A program made the position numbers and the translations under genes. The notes below the pieces were generated by a model. It made no database searches, was not told the origin of the DNA, and worked only from the letters and a program-made list of their open reading frames with translations. A stretch of DNA of 64,000 bases. Source: a virus. The DNA is taken from positions 103,279 through 167,278 of the IMG/VR virus record IMGVR_UViG_3300045988_176782. One strand, written 5' to 3'. Numbering within the stretch: position 1 is the stretch's first letter; every line of letters starts with the position of its first letter. Shown piece by piece: positions 21,639 through 31,113 of this stretch.

Positions 21639-21891
21639 ACCAGCGATATATGCTCGTCAAGCAACATTAGAAGCCTTAAAAGTTGAAGAACTTGCAAAAG
21701 AAATTCAAAACAATATTAGTGCTGCTGCGAAAGCGGGCCAATGGAAAACCTGTTGTATTAATCCTAATTTTGGAACTGAAGTATGGATTTATCTAAGACG
21801 CTGTTTAGAGGCCCAAGATTACATTGTTGGTGAAATTGCAAAAGATTATGAACTTGTTGGTCTTGAAATTAAATGGATGGTATATAAATGA
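21625..21891 (+). CDS. small early protein, tandem array member
   Basis: GGAGA RBS before ATG 21625; ARQATLEAL...LEAQDYIVGE...IKW. Confidence 0.5.
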   Translation: MIQFKPAIYARQATLEALKVEELAKEIQNNISAAAKAGQWKTCCINPNFGTEVWIYLRRCLEAQDYIVGEIAKDYELVGLEIKWMVYK

Positions 21892-22196
21892 ATTGCATTG
21901 AAGAAATTTTGGGCCACGATTTAATGACTGCCGATGAGGCTTATCATTCCACAATATTTGATTGTAGTTTAGAAACATTAATATCCATTGTAGATAAACA
22001 AATTCGCGCAGCAGTAGAAATGCGGTTAGATCATGTTAAAATTGATATGTCAAACTTTTATAGCTGTGAAATTGAAAGGATGTATTATATACTTAATGAA
22101 TATGGTTATGAAGTAAAAACAGATAGTTCTTACAATCTTATTATTACTTGGAATAATAAACATTTTGACAAGGATTATGGTGAAGATGATGATTAA
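21888..22196 (+). CDS. small early protein, tandem array member
   Basis: MTADEAYHST...LNEYGYEVKT...ITW. Confidence 0.55.
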   Translation: MNCIEEILGHDLMTADEAYHSTIFDCSLETLISIVDKQIRAAVEMRLDHVKIDMSNFYSCEIERMYYILNEYGYEVKTDSSYNLIITWNNKHFDKDYGEDDD

Positions 22197-22440
22197 TGCA
22201 GACCAAGCAAGAGAATTAACCAAAGAAAGAAAAACTGTAGAACTTGACCGCTTTTTAAAAGCAGTAGAGGAAGCAGTTATCGCTACTGCAAACATAGGCG
22301 GACATATCTGTTATGTGGATATTAATAAATATGAGTATAATCTTATTAGTTATGCGCCAGAAGTATTGCAAAATTTAGGTTATGAAGCAAATTTTGAATC
22401 TGATCATCAACAAACGACTTGCTTGGTGGTGAAGTGGTAA
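22186..22440 (+). CDS. small early protein, tandem array member
   Basis: INADQARELT...LQNLGYEANF...VVKW. Confidence 0.55.
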   Translation: MMINADQARELTKERKTVELDRFLKAVEEAVIATANIGGHICYVDINKYEYNLISYAPEVLQNLGYEANFESDHQQTTCLVVKW

Positions 22441-22646
22441 TGGATAGCTTAGATAAGCGCTTTTCTAAAGAAGAATTGAATTATCTTGATGTTTTTCTTT
22501 CAGACAAAAATAGTCCTGAAGAAATTCTTCAGAAACTTAAAGAACTTAGCATTTCTCCCCTAAATCCTAATGGTACTTTTAAAACTTTTTTCACTCTCAC
22601 TGAAGAAATTATTAATGCTTTTCATCATAATAAAATTGACAATTAA
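22440..22646 (+). CDS. hypothetical protein
   Basis: TAATG overlap with the upstream gene; 68 aa. Confidence 0.45.
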   Translation: MDSLDKRFSKEELNYLDVFLSDKNSPEEILQKLKELSISPLNPNGTFKTFFTLTEEIINAFHHNKIDN

Positions 22647-22687
22647 TAAATTTTCATATATAATTTTCTTGTAAGGAGTTGAGAGTT

Positions 22688-22846
22688 ATGACTTATGAAG
22701 AATTTGTCTTATGTAAAGTGCCAAATATTATTTCTTGTGAAAATTGCCCATATTATTCAAGTATGTGTCCACCTGTTAATTGTTTAAATGATTTTGAAAG
22801 TGAAGGCATAATTTGTGAAAGGTGGCTTGCTTTAAATGAAAAATGA
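22688..22846 (+). CDS. small Cys-rich protein (52 aa)
   Basis: AAGGAG RBS; MTYEEFVLCKVPNIISCENCPYYSSMCPPVNC. Below the ORF-track length cut-off. Confidence 0.45.
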   Translation: MTYEEFVLCKVPNIISCENCPYYSSMCPPVNCLNDFESEGIICERWLALNEK

Positions 22847-22997
22847 AAAACTACCTGTAAAGCCCTGGGAAGAAGTTTATCAAAAAATGCGGCGGCAATG
22901 GCCAGAAGGTTTTAAGCCCGCTACAAAAATTGAAACCGATAAACGCAAAAAGCCACCCAAGCACAAGAAAAGAGAGGAAGAAAATTATGAAGGATGA
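22836..22997 (+). CDS. small basic protein (53 aa)
   Basis: ATG overlaps the upstream stop region; Lys/Arg-rich C-terminus. Confidence 0.4.
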   Translation: MKNEKLPVKPWEEVYQKMRRQWPEGFKPATKIETDKRKKPPKHKKREEENYEG

Positions 22998-23346
22998 TAA
23001 ATTTTGGTGGGATTTATCTGGATTAGCAAAGCGGCAATATAAGCAGGAACGCCTTAAGGAAGGCATTAGTGAATATGATTGTTGGGATTTGGATGATTAT
23101 TTAATTCATATTATTATTGTTGGGTTAAAAAAACTTGCAAATACAACTATTAGCTATCCTGGATTCGCGCCATATGAGACTCATGAAAAATGGGTAGAAT
23201 ATCTTCAAGACTTAAGCAAAAGATTCCAAGAGTATTCTGAAATTGATTCTTTTGACTATTATCCTGACCGTGCAGACGAGTTAGTTGAAAAGCGTAATCA
23301 ACTCTTTTTGGAGTTAAGTAAAGTTTTTCCTATGTTATGGAATTAA
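22987..23346 (+). CDS. hypothetical protein
   Basis: ATG 22987 within ORF 22930-23346; translationally coupled to the upstream ORF. Confidence 0.5.
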   Translation: MKDDKFWWDLSGLAKRQYKQERLKEGISEYDCWDLDDYLIHIIIVGLKKLANTTISYPGFAPYETHEKWVEYLQDLSKRFQEYSEIDSFDYYPDRADELVEKRNQLFLELSKVFPMLWN

Positions 23347-23361
23347 AAGGAGAATTGAATA

Positions 23362-24270
23362 ATGATTTGGTTTATTTTAGCAGTATTGGCATTAATTGCG
23401 GCGATTATTATTGCTATTCTACGATATCAAGGAGCGAGCATCATTACTTTTGGGGCAGCGTTCCTATTCGGGATTTTATCAATTATTGCAAGTGTGCCTG
23501 CGGGTCATGTAGGTGTTGTATCTACTTTTGGTAAAGTAGATGAAAATGCTCGTGAAGCTGGTTTGTATGTAAAGGCGCCTTGGAGCTTTGTTACTCAAAT
23601 GAGTATTCAAGAACAGCGTTATGCTTTTGATACTGTAGCTTATAGCTCTGATATTCAAGAGGCCGCGGTTAAGGGCAGTGTTAATTATATCATTGATAAA
23701 ACTGCCGCCGTCAATCTATATCGCACAGTTGGTGTAAATTATCTTGAGAAATTAATTGCTCCTCGTGTTGCGGAAAGTTTGAAAGACGTATTTTCTCATT
23801 ATCGGGCGGAAGAGTTAATTAGTCAACGTGATTCTATCTCTAAAGCTATTTGCGAAAAAATGAATAAAGAATTAGAAGTATATGGTATCACAATTGTTGG
23901 ATTACAAATTGAAGACATTGATTATTCCGATCTTTTTACTTCTGCGATTGAAGCTAAACAGGTTGCGACTCAAGAGAAGTTGCGCGCTCAAACTGAGCAA
24001 GAACGTGTAACGATGGAAAAGGAAGCTCAACTTGCTCGTGATAAAGCACAAGCCGAGACTGATGCAGAGATTAAGCGTATTAATGCCCAAGCAGAAGCAG
24101 ACCGTGTAAAGATGCTTGCAGATGCAGAGGCAGAAGCTAATAAGAAAATTAGTGAATCTTTAACTGAAGACCTTATTAAGTATACCCAAATTTCCAATTG
24201 GAATGGTGTTATGCCTACGACAGTTGTTAATGGTAATAATACTATGCCTTTACTGTCTATTGGTGAATAA
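23362..24270 (+). CDS. SPFH/Band-7 (prohibitin/HflK-C-like) membrane protein
   Basis: N-terminal TM segment, then PAGHVGVVSTFGKV...GLYVKAPW and a C-terminal charged coiled region. Confidence 0.8.
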   Translation: MIWFILAVLALIAAIIIAILRYQGASIITFGAAFLFGILSIIASVPAGHVGVVSTFGKVDENAREAGLYVKAPWSFVTQMSIQEQRYAFDTVAYSSDIQEAAVKGSVNYIIDKTAAVNLYRTVGVNYLEKLIAPRVAESLKDVFSHYRAEELISQRDSISKAICEKMNKELEVYGITIVGLQIEDIDYSDLFTSAIEAKQVATQEKLRAQTEQERVTMEKEAQLARDKAQAETDAEIKRINAQAEADRVKMLADAEAEANKKISESLTEDLIKYTQISNWNGVMPTTVVNGNNTMPLLSIGE

Positions 24271-24277
24271 AAATTTT

Positions 24278-24306
24278 GGAGTGCGAAAGCACTCTTCTTT
24301 TTTTTT
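24278..24306 (+). terminator. intrinsic terminator
   Basis: GGAGTGC-GAAA-GCACTCT hairpin plus a T-run. Confidence 0.75.
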
Positions 24307-24333
24307 GACAAAAATAAAAAATTTTTATATAAT
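24305..24333 (+). promoter_or_regulatory. promoter TTGACA-N17-TATAAT
   Basis: -35 at 24305-10, -10 at 24328-33. Confidence 0.7.
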
Positions 24334-24359
24334 ATAATTATCAAGAAAGGAGAGAAACT

Positions 24360-24665
24360 ATGATAACGGTTCAAACAGGCAAAGAATACTTTAAACATAT
24401 TCAAGGAAAACAACTTCAAATTTGTGAATGTTGGACTTGCCGCAATTTTGAAGGCGAAAACAAATGGTGTGGCCATAAAGGTATTGAAGTGAATTATAAT
24501 ACTGTTAAGGCCGATTGTGAATATTTTGACATAAAGGAATATTGCGGCGATTGTAAATTTTTCTTAAAGCGCTTTTCTTGTATTAAATATCCACATTGCA
24601 CCATTCAAACTACCGATCACGCTTGTAAAAAATTTAAACCTAAGGATAAGGAGATTTATGTTTAA
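24360..24665 (+). CDS. Cys-rich hypothetical protein
   Basis: Intact ORF; multiple CxxC-like pairs. Confidence 0.5.
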   Translation: MITVQTGKEYFKHIQGKQLQICECWTCRNFEGENKWCGHKGIEVNYNTVKADCEYFDIKEYCGDCKFFLKRFSCIKYPHCTIQTTDHACKKFKPKDKEIYV

Positions 24666-24855
24666 CTACGAAACGGAAGAAGCTATTCCACTAACAGATT
24701 ATACCAATTATGATTCTGAAACTACCAATAATATATGCTCTTGTTGTCTCCAATATGACCAATGTTCTGGTGATATAGATTATGGTTGGTGTGATAAGGA
24801 AGAAATCTTAACCAGATGGGACGCAAAAGCTTGTAAGTCTTATAGAAAATTGTGA
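24658..24855 (+). CDS. Cys-rich hypothetical protein
   Basis: Intact ORF overlapping the upstream stop. Confidence 0.45.
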   Translation: MFNYETEEAIPLTDYTNYDSETTNNICSCCLQYDQCSGDIDYGWCDKEEILTRWDAKACKSYRKL

Positions 24856-24864
24856 GTTGATACT

Positions 24865-25077
24865 ATGCGCGCCGATTTTAAAGACCGTAATAGTCATATG
24901 CGTTTTTATTCTGACATTATGAATAAACAACGCACATATTTATTAGATTCTCATTTTGAAAATGTAAATGGTTCTCGTTTTGTTTTACTAACACGAGACA
25001 AAAAACAATTAAAAGATTTTTTTCATAGATGTATTGAAATTATAGAAAAGGATGAAGCAAATGACAAAATTCTTTAA
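24865..25077 (+). CDS. hypothetical protein
   Basis: Intact ORF only. Confidence 0.4.
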   Translation: MRADFKDRNSHMRFYSDIMNKQRTYLLDSHFENVNGSRFVLLTRDKKQLKDFFHRCIEIIEKDEANDKIL

Positions 25078-25525
25078 AACTTGGTGGAAAGTTATTGTAT
25101 GGGTTTTTGTTGCAGTTCTTTTGCTAATTCTTTCCTCCTCTGCTAAAGGTGAAACGTTATATTGTACCGCTTCTTCACTCAATGGTCGCGCCTCGCCGTC
25201 AATAAATGCACGAGTAGAAGCCCATTTTGAATATGGAGACAAGTTAGAGGTTATCGGATATAATGTTAATTGGATTGAAGTTGAAGGCGGCGAAACAGGA
25301 ACTGTTTTTGTGAATGCCAAATATGTTGCTTCTTCTTTAGAAAAAGTAAAATACCAAAATACTTCTGGCGGTCGTGTTATTATTCGTGAAGAGCCAGACG
25401 GAAAGAAAACAAATGATTGGATTAAAGCGGGAAAGAAAATTACCATTTCTGTCGAATTAGATGGATGGGGTTATATTGCTGACCGAGGATGGGTTAATTT
25501 GAGTTATTTTAGTGAGGTGGAATAA
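25052..25525 (+). CDS. membrane-anchored protein with two SH3b-like domains
   Basis: N-terminal hydrophobic segment WKVIVWVFVAVLLLIL. Two units of the type LNGRASPS...G.KLEVIG....WIEV and GGRVIIREEPDG...I.AGKKI.I....GWGYI..GWVNL. Confidence 0.55.
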   Translation: MKQMTKFFKTWWKVIVWVFVAVLLLILSSSAKGETLYCTASSLNGRASPSINARVEAHFEYGDKLEVIGYNVNWIEVEGGETGTVFVNAKYVASSLEKVKYQNTSGGRVIIREEPDGKKTNDWIKAGKKITISVELDGWGYIADRGWVNLSYFSEVE

Positions 25526-25626
25526 TGGGTAATTTTGGGTGGATTTTGTGTGCTGGTTTTATTTTATTGTTTATTGCCTATTTATTTATTGATGATAATG
25601 ATAGTAGGAGGCCGCCGAAGATTTAA
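25525..25626 (+). CDS. small membrane peptide (33 aa)
   Basis: TAATG overlap; MGNFGWILCAGFILLFIAYLFI. Confidence 0.35.
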   Translation: MGNFGWILCAGFILLFIAYLFIDDNDSRRPPKI

Positions 25627-26046
25627 ATGTTTTGGTATATTATTGGTAGTTTGATTATAATTTATGTGGGTTTTACAATTTTTTCTGATAAATATTCAGG
25701 CTGGGTAACGAATACTGCTTTATTTGCTTTTGCTATTATTGGGATAGTTGCGCTATGTTCGTTTTGGTCTTTAATTAGTTCAGCAATTCATGAAGAAACT
25801 CATCCTGATTTAAATACATACACTATTTCAATAATTGAAAAAATTCCTGTTTATGCTACAGATGGTTTATTGGTTTATCGTACAGCTAATGACACAAAAG
25901 ATGTTTCTGCAGATAGTTATATATTTGCAGATGTAGAAAAACCTTATTTAGAAAAGACAATTTATTCTTATAACTCTTTTTTCGTTATGTCTTGGATGAG
26001 CACAATAACTAAAACTGTTTGCTATTTGCCAGAGAAAGGAATTTAA
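25627..26046 (+). CDS. membrane protein
   Basis: Two N-terminal TM segments; paralogous layout to the next gene. Confidence 0.5.
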   Translation: MFWYIIGSLIIIYVGFTIFSDKYSGWVTNTALFAFAIIGIVALCSFWSLISSAIHEETHPDLNTYTISIIEKIPVYATDGLLVYRTANDTKDVSADSYIFADVEKPYLEKTIYSYNSFFVMSWMSTITKTVCYLPEKGI

Positions 26047-26047
26047 T

Positions 26048-26458
26048 ATGTTCTGGATTATTCTTTTTGTATGTTTAACTATTGCGTTAATTACAATAGA
26101 TATTTGCACTCATGGACGTAGTGAGGATTTTTTACAATTCTGTTTTCTAGTGTTTTCTTTACTTATTGGAACTCTTGCAATAATGTATAGCCTTGAAGTG
26201 CATCCACCCGCAGGCCAATGCGAAATTGCAGAAATTACTAGAATTAAAGTCATTAGTGTTGAAGGCGCAATTTTAGCTGAAGATGGCAATATTTATAAAG
26301 AAATTGATCGTTGGGAATATACCAATGAAGCGAAGCCATATGTAATTAATTATAAATACAAATTTAGCGATTTCTGGCATTTACCGTGGTATAGTGATTG
26401 GAGCGAAATGGTTTTATATGTGCCGATGCAAACAACAGAAGATAGTTTAGCTGTGTAA
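26048..26458 (+). CDS. membrane protein (paralogue of 25627-26046)
   Basis: MFWIILFV... with two TM segments and a similar C-terminal domain. Confidence 0.5.
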   Translation: MFWIILFVCLTIALITIDICTHGRSEDFLQFCFLVFSLLIGTLAIMYSLEVHPPAGQCEIAEITRIKVISVEGAILAEDGNIYKEIDRWEYTNEAKPYVINYKYKFSDFWHLPWYSDWSEMVLYVPMQTTEDSLAV

Positions 26459-26480
26459 TTATTACACAGCTTATTTTTTT
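26450..26480 (+). terminator. intrinsic terminator
   Basis: GCTGTGTAAT/ATTACACAGC hairpin plus a T-run. Confidence 0.75.
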
Positions 26481-26507
26481 GACAAAAAGAAAAAATTTAT
26501 ATATAAT
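26479..26507 (+). promoter_or_regulatory. promoter TTGACA-N17-TATAAT
   Basis: -35 at 26479-84, -10 at 26502-07. Confidence 0.7.
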
Positions 26508-26526
26508 ATATACAGAAAGTGAGGTT

Positions 26527-26784
26527 ATGAAAGATATGAAGTATTATTGTGTTGATGAAAATTCTTTGGAGTATTTACAGAGTGGCCTGGGAATTTTAGT
26601 AAAGATTACTGATGCTAATAATCAAAAGACTTGTAATTATGGATACGGGGTTTTTGATGTTCAAACACACAATGTATTTATGTTTAAGGAAGTTTTCAGG
26701 AAAAACCACAAGAGTTTTATTCAACTAAATTTGAAGAAGAGGACTAAGCTATGGAACGAATTATTACAGCGGCAGTTAAATTAA
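26527..26784 (+). CDS. hypothetical protein
   Basis: GTGAGG RBS before ATG 26527. Confidence 0.45.
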   Translation: MKDMKYYCVDENSLEYLQSGLGILVKITDANNQKTCNYGYGVFDVQTHNVFMFKEVFRKNHKSFIQLNLKKRTKLWNELLQRQLN

Positions 26785-27053
26785 GTGTAAAAGGTGAAGA
26801 AAAATTCGTTCCTTGCCATCGTCATAGTGATGCCTACTTTATTTGTAAAGAATTTGGTATTAAATATGATGCTGATTCTACTGTTGAGGGTTTTATAGCT
26901 TATGACGAAGAATTTGATAAACCTACTCGTTTTGTTAATAGAGTAGAAGCGCTCCTAATTGCTGAAAAAGCAAATCAACTACGAAAAGATGATTTAGATT
27001 ATTTTGGTTATAAAAGAAATGGTAATGCACTGTTTTCGGAGGATTTGTGGTAA
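26751..27053 (+). CDS. hypothetical protein
   Basis: Intact ORF. Confidence 0.45.
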   Translation: MERIITAAVKLSVKGEEKFVPCHRHSDAYFICKEFGIKYDADSTVEGFIAYDEEFDKPTRFVNRVEALLIAEKANQLRKDDLDYFGYKRNGNALFSEDLW

Positions 27054-27481
27054 TGGGAGAAGAAGTAATTCATTTACCTTTAAAGGAAATTGACCCATTA
27101 TGTCGTAGAGCTATAATTTTATTTAACTTACTTGGACTAAAAACTCAATATTGTTGTTCTGGACATACAGATAAAGAATATTTAAATCGTTGGTATATTA
27201 TTTTTGATGAATGTGTAACTGATGACCAAATTTCCGCGTTTCAAATGGATATGTTTCATTATACTCATAAAAGTTTTCCTTTAATAAAAACTTGGACAGT
27301 AAATAGTAATACCAATCAGCCTTGTATGCGTTGGATGTGGACAGAAAATACGAATAAATTCGCGATAGAAAACCAACGGATAGCTTATTGGAAAATAAAG
27401 AACTTACAATTATTAGTTGTTTTAAGAAATAGACTTGGCGGCTTAAAACATATGGATAAACTTAAAATATTTTGTGATTAA
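27053..27481 (+). CDS. hypothetical protein
   Basis: TAATG overlap start at 27053. Confidence 0.45.
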   Translation: MGEEVIHLPLKEIDPLCRRAIILFNLLGLKTQYCCSGHTDKEYLNRWYIIFDECVTDDQISAFQMDMFHYTHKSFPLIKTWTVNSNTNQPCMRWMWTENTNKFAIENQRIAYWKIKNLQLLVVLRNRLGGLKHMDKLKIFCD

Positions 27482-27493
27482 GAGAAGAGAGCT

Positions 27494-27703
27494 ATGGATA
27501 ATGAAATTAAAACAACTTGTCCAATTTGCGGTCAAGCCGCGGGACAACCATTAGTGCTTTTAAAGAATCTTCATCATACTCAAGTTTTATATACAATAGA
27601 TTGCCAACCTCTTTGTTCTTGTAAGTGGTGCGGCGCCATTTTTGTCGGAACAAATGATATGAATGAAAAATTAAAAACTATGATAAAAATTGACGTAAAT
27701 TAA
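27494..27703 (+). CDS. zinc-ribbon protein
   Basis: CPICG...CSCKWCG. Confidence 0.45.
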   Translation: MDNEIKTTCPICGQAAGQPLVLLKNLHHTQVLYTIDCQPLCSCKWCGAIFVGTNDMNEKLKTMIKIDVN

Positions 27704-27720
27704 AATTTAATATATAATAT
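27692..27720 (+). promoter_or_regulatory. promoter TTGACG-N17-TATAAT
   Basis: -35 at 27692-97 (inside the end of the upstream CDS), -10 at 27715-20. Confidence 0.65.
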
Positions 27721-27748
27721 ATCCATAAGCTAATAAAGGAGTGGTGTT

Positions 27749-27949
27749 ATGGACTTAATCGGAAATGAAGGAATTGCCTATTTCCATAAAATAAAAGACC
27801 CAAATAATCATCATGGAGAATTAATTCGTTGTGATTTTTGTGGTGAAGTGTCCGAAATTTACACTGAAATTTGTCCATTTTGCCACAGACGATTTGTAAA
27901 TAAGAAAGATAAAACACTTTATATTTTTGGAGAGGAAAAGGAGAAATAA
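27749..27949 (+). CDS. zinc-ribbon protein
   Basis: CDFCG...CPFCH; AAGGAG RBS. Confidence 0.5.
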   Translation: MDLIGNEGIAYFHKIKDPNNHHGELIRCDFCGEVSEIYTEICPFCHRRFVNKKDKTLYIFGEEKEK

Positions 27950-27950
27950 T

Positions 27951-28538
27951 ATGAATTTCAATACTACTAATATGTTTAACGGAATGTTCGGTAAGATTGC
28001 TTCTGGTATGTGCCGGCTTAGTATGAGCGGCGAGATGGCAATCAAGACTTCTCAGGGTTATAAGACTTATGATGTAGAAACTGGTCATCTAACTAATTGT
28101 GATAGCTTTGTTTTTGATATTGGTGAAGATTTTTTCTTTCTAATTCCTACTAACCATCTTGAAAAGGGCGATGTTATTCTTGCTGGTGGCAAGCCGCGTT
28201 GTGTAATTGAGGTAAAGAATAACGAAATTAAGACCTTCTGCTATGAAGATTCTACTATTTCTACCATTGTTCCTGAGCATCATGTGTTTATGGGCAAGAC
28301 TTATTTCTATGGTAAAATTGTTTCTCTCTTTAATCTTGGTGGCAAGGATAAGGGTATGAAGAATATGATGAAGTATTATATGATGTCTAAAATGTTTAGG
28401 GGTGACAATCCTTCTTCTGACCCTATGAGTAATATGTTGCCTATGATGATGTTTATGAATAGTAATATGGGTGATATGTTTGATGGCATTGGAGAAATGT
28501 TTGACTTCTCTAATGATTCTACCGAAGAAGATAAGTAA
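27951..28538 (+). CDS. hypothetical protein with Met-rich C-terminus
   Basis: ATG 27951; C-terminus MKNMMKYYMMSKMF...MLPMMMFMNSNMGDMF. Confidence 0.5.
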   Translation: MNFNTTNMFNGMFGKIASGMCRLSMSGEMAIKTSQGYKTYDVETGHLTNCDSFVFDIGEDFFFLIPTNHLEKGDVILAGGKPRCVIEVKNNEIKTFCYEDSTISTIVPEHHVFMGKTYFYGKIVSLFNLGGKDKGMKNMMKYYMMSKMFRGDNPSSDPMSNMLPMMMFMNSNMGDMFDGIGEMFDFSNDSTEEDK

Positions 28539-28549
28539 GGAGTGATATT

Positions 28550-29428
28550 GTGGGAAGCGGAAATTGGACCTCAATGGCTTATACCTCTAAAATGGCAGAG
28601 AGAGGTATTAAGACTACACTTAATTCTGCAACTATGTCTGCCGTTGCTGACCTTAGTAGTATATCAACTTTACAATATTATACTCAACGCACTATTAGCG
28701 ACAGACTTAATCCATATCAAGTAATGCGTGAATGTGTAGATTCAAGTGAGCATCCTAATACAATTCCGGTGCTCCTTGCACTTGACGTAACTGGGTCAAT
28801 GGGCCAAACAGCAAATGCTTGCGCCGCCAAGCTAAACGAAATTATGGAACTACTTTATCGTCAAATTACAGATGTTGAATTTATGATTTGTGCTCTTGGC
28901 GACCTTTCTTATGATTCTGCACCTTTTCAAGCAGGTCAGTTTGAAAGTGATATTCGTATTTCTGACCAATTAGACTTAGTTTATTTTGAAGCTGGTGGCG
29001 GTGGTAATCGCTTTGAGAGTTATACATTGCCTTGGTATTTTGGGCTACATAATACTTCTCTTGATTGTTGGAAACGCAATAAGAAGGGTATTATTATTAC
29101 GATGGGCGATGAACCTTTGAATCCATACATGCCTCATCTAGAGTTAAATGTTTGCCTTGGTTGCCATGAGCAATCAGATATTAATACTAAAGAATTGTAT
29201 CAAGCCGCACGAGAAAAGTTTGATATTTATCATCTTTCCATTGACGAAAGAACTAGCTCTTATAATTATCATAAAAATGATGCAGATAAGATTTGGCGGC
29301 AAGTTTTAGGTGAAAATTATCGTGTAACTAATCTTGATAACCTATCTCAAACTATTTCTGATATTATTATTAATGCAAAAACCGATATGAATACTGTCGT
29401 ATCTTCCGCTGACGGTATTAGTTGGTAA
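28550..29428 (+). CDS. von Willebrand factor A (vWA) domain protein
   Basis: MIDAS-like LALDVTGSMG; downstream ...IIITMGDEP; GTG start after AAGGAG. Confidence 0.65.
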   Translation: MGSGNWTSMAYTSKMAERGIKTTLNSATMSAVADLSSISTLQYYTQRTISDRLNPYQVMRECVDSSEHPNTIPVLLALDVTGSMGQTANACAAKLNEIMELLYRQITDVEFMICALGDLSYDSAPFQAGQFESDIRISDQLDLVYFEAGGGGNRFESYTLPWYFGLHNTSLDCWKRNKKGIIITMGDEPLNPYMPHLELNVCLGCHEQSDINTKELYQAAREKFDIYHLSIDERTSSYNYHKNDADKIWRQVLGENYRVTNLDNLSQTISDIIINAKTDMNTVVSSADGISW

Positions 29429-29441
29429 GAAAGGAGAAAGT

Positions 29442-30575
29442 ATGAAGCGTTTTCAGGCAGTAATAGATTGCGGTTTTGGTGACGCAGGAAAAGGCTTAGT
29501 TTCTCGTTGGCTTGCAAAGCAAGCATTTGAGCGTAAAGAAAAAACTTTAACTGTATTTTTTAGTGGCGGTTGCCAACGCGCCCATACCACTATTGAAGGC
29601 GTTTTTCATACTTTACCTGCTGGGTTATTTTTTGACAGTGATATTCTATATAGCGAAATGTTTGTCATTGACCCTATCGCTATTTATTTAGAATATGAAA
29701 GTTGGAAGCAAAGTTTCGGGCCATTTATTGAACCAAAACTTTATGTAAGCCCACATTGTCGTGTGGTTACTCCTTTTGATGTCTGGAATAATCGTCTAAA
29801 AGAAACTCGTCGTGGCGCGCAAAAACATGGCAGTTGCGGTATGGGCATTTTTGAAACCGTATTTAGAGATAAGAGTTTATTTGAATTAAAAGCCAGAGAC
29901 CTTTCCAACCCTTGGAAACTTTGGGAACAACTAAAGAAAATTGAAGAACTTTATAGCAATTCTTGCAGTGATATGGTCTATAATGCCCACAACTTTATGA
30001 AGGCCGCGGAATGGTTTACTAAAAATGTAGAGCAATTTGAAACATATGAAGTATTAAAAAAATATGATACCATTATTTTTGAAGGAAGCCAAGGTTTGTT
30101 GCTTTCTCAAACTAATGTGGATTTCTTTCCATACTTAACTCCTGCCTCTACCGGTGTTGATAATATTGAACATTGGTTCAATTTAGGCGCGGCGGAAGAA
30201 AAAGAAATCTACTATGTTTCTCGCTCTTATATGACACGACACGGTGCTGGGCCTTTTCCAACAGAATGTAAGAAGAAAGATATTAATCCCACAATTGTTG
30301 ATTCTACTAATATTCCTAATAAATGGCAAAATAATTTGCGTTTTGGATACTATGATGTAAAACTTATTGGTGATGCTATTGTTAAGGATACTTGTAGAAT
30401 TACGAACAATAAGGTAAAATTTAATATGGTATTTACGCAACTTAACTATACTAATGGCAAAGTAAGATGCGGCAAGAATGACGATTTGGATATTAATAAT
30501 GATTTATTTTTCTTTCTCAATTTTGACCATCTATATGGTTCTTGGGATAAAGAAAATGTAGAAAGGATTATGTAA
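29442..30575 (+). CDS. adenylosuccinate-synthetase-family enzyme, short phage type (PurZ-like candidate)
   Basis: GFGDAGKGLV (cf. PurA GDEGKGK), GSCGMGIFET..RDK (cf. GIGPAY.DK), EGSQGLLLS (cf. EGAQG.LLD), YMTRHGAGPFPTE (cf. TRVG.GPFPTE). 377 aa, shorter than cellular PurA. Confidence 0.7.
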   Translation: MKRFQAVIDCGFGDAGKGLVSRWLAKQAFERKEKTLTVFFSGGCQRAHTTIEGVFHTLPAGLFFDSDILYSEMFVIDPIAIYLEYESWKQSFGPFIEPKLYVSPHCRVVTPFDVWNNRLKETRRGAQKHGSCGMGIFETVFRDKSLFELKARDLSNPWKLWEQLKKIEELYSNSCSDMVYNAHNFMKAAEWFTKNVEQFETYEVLKKYDTIIFEGSQGLLLSQTNVDFFPYLTPASTGVDNIEHWFNLGAAEEKEIYYVSRSYMTRHGAGPFPTECKKKDINPTIVDSTNIPNKWQNNLRFGYYDVKLIGDAIVKDTCRITNNKVKFNMVFTQLNYTNGKVRCGKNDDLDINNDLFFFLNFDHLYGSWDKENVERIM

Positions 30576-30577
30576 TT

Positions 30578-30709
30578 ATGATTTATTCTAAGGAAACTCG
30601 TATTGGTATGCTACAATATCGTATTTCTCTTCTAATGCGTGATGAAGTAAAGAACTTCAATCTTCTGCGTAAGACACGTCGTGAATTGCGCAAGCTACAA
30701 GAGTCGTAA
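30578..30709 (+). CDS. small basic protein (43 aa)
   Basis: ATG 30578 lies 2 nt after the upstream stop. Confidence 0.35.
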   Translation: MIYSKETRIGMLQYRISLLMRDEVKNFNLLRKTRRELRKLQES

Positions 30710-30716
30710 ATATTTG

Positions 30717-30741
30717 CCTCCTACTATCGTAGGAGGTTTTT
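30717..30741 (+). terminator. intrinsic terminator
   Basis: CCTCCTAC/GTAGGAGG hairpin plus TTTTT. Confidence 0.75.
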
Positions 30742-30768
30742 GACTTTTTAGAAAAAATTTTATATAAT
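30740..30768 (+). promoter_or_regulatory. promoter TTGACT-N17-TATAAT
   Basis: -35 at 30740-45, -10 at 30763-68. Confidence 0.7.
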
Positions 30769-30790
30769 ATATTAGTAAGGAGTTGAGATA

Positions 30791-30925
30791 ATGATTTGGT
30801 TTCTATGCGGTTTAGTATGTGGAATTTTTGTTGGGATAAAAATGTCAGGAGATGTGATTGCAAATTATTATCCTGATATTTACGATGATTTATACAATAG
30901 AATGACGAGGGATACAAAGAAATGA
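30791..30925 (+). CDS. small membrane protein (44 aa)
   Basis: AAGGAG RBS; MIWFLCGLVCGIFVGI. Confidence 0.4.
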   Translation: MIWFLCGLVCGIFVGIKMSGDVIANYYPDIYDDLYNRMTRDTKK

Positions 30926-31113
30926 CAATTAGAAGTCGCGAAGAAATGCTTGGTGAAGTTGATATGCTTAGAGGAAATATTAATCGTATTTGTGTTAGTG
31001 ATAATGTAGAAGAAATTTCCCAAATGTATCATTATGCTTTAATGCGTCTTGAAGAAATTATGAAATATAATGTACGGCGAGTTGTAGAAAGGAAGAAGAA
31101 TATTGAAGACTAA
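30922..31113 (+). CDS. hypothetical protein
   Basis: ATGA overlap with the upstream ORF. Confidence 0.45.
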   Translation: MTIRSREEMLGEVDMLRGNINRICVSDNVEEISQMYHYALMRLEEIMKYNVRRVVERKKNIED

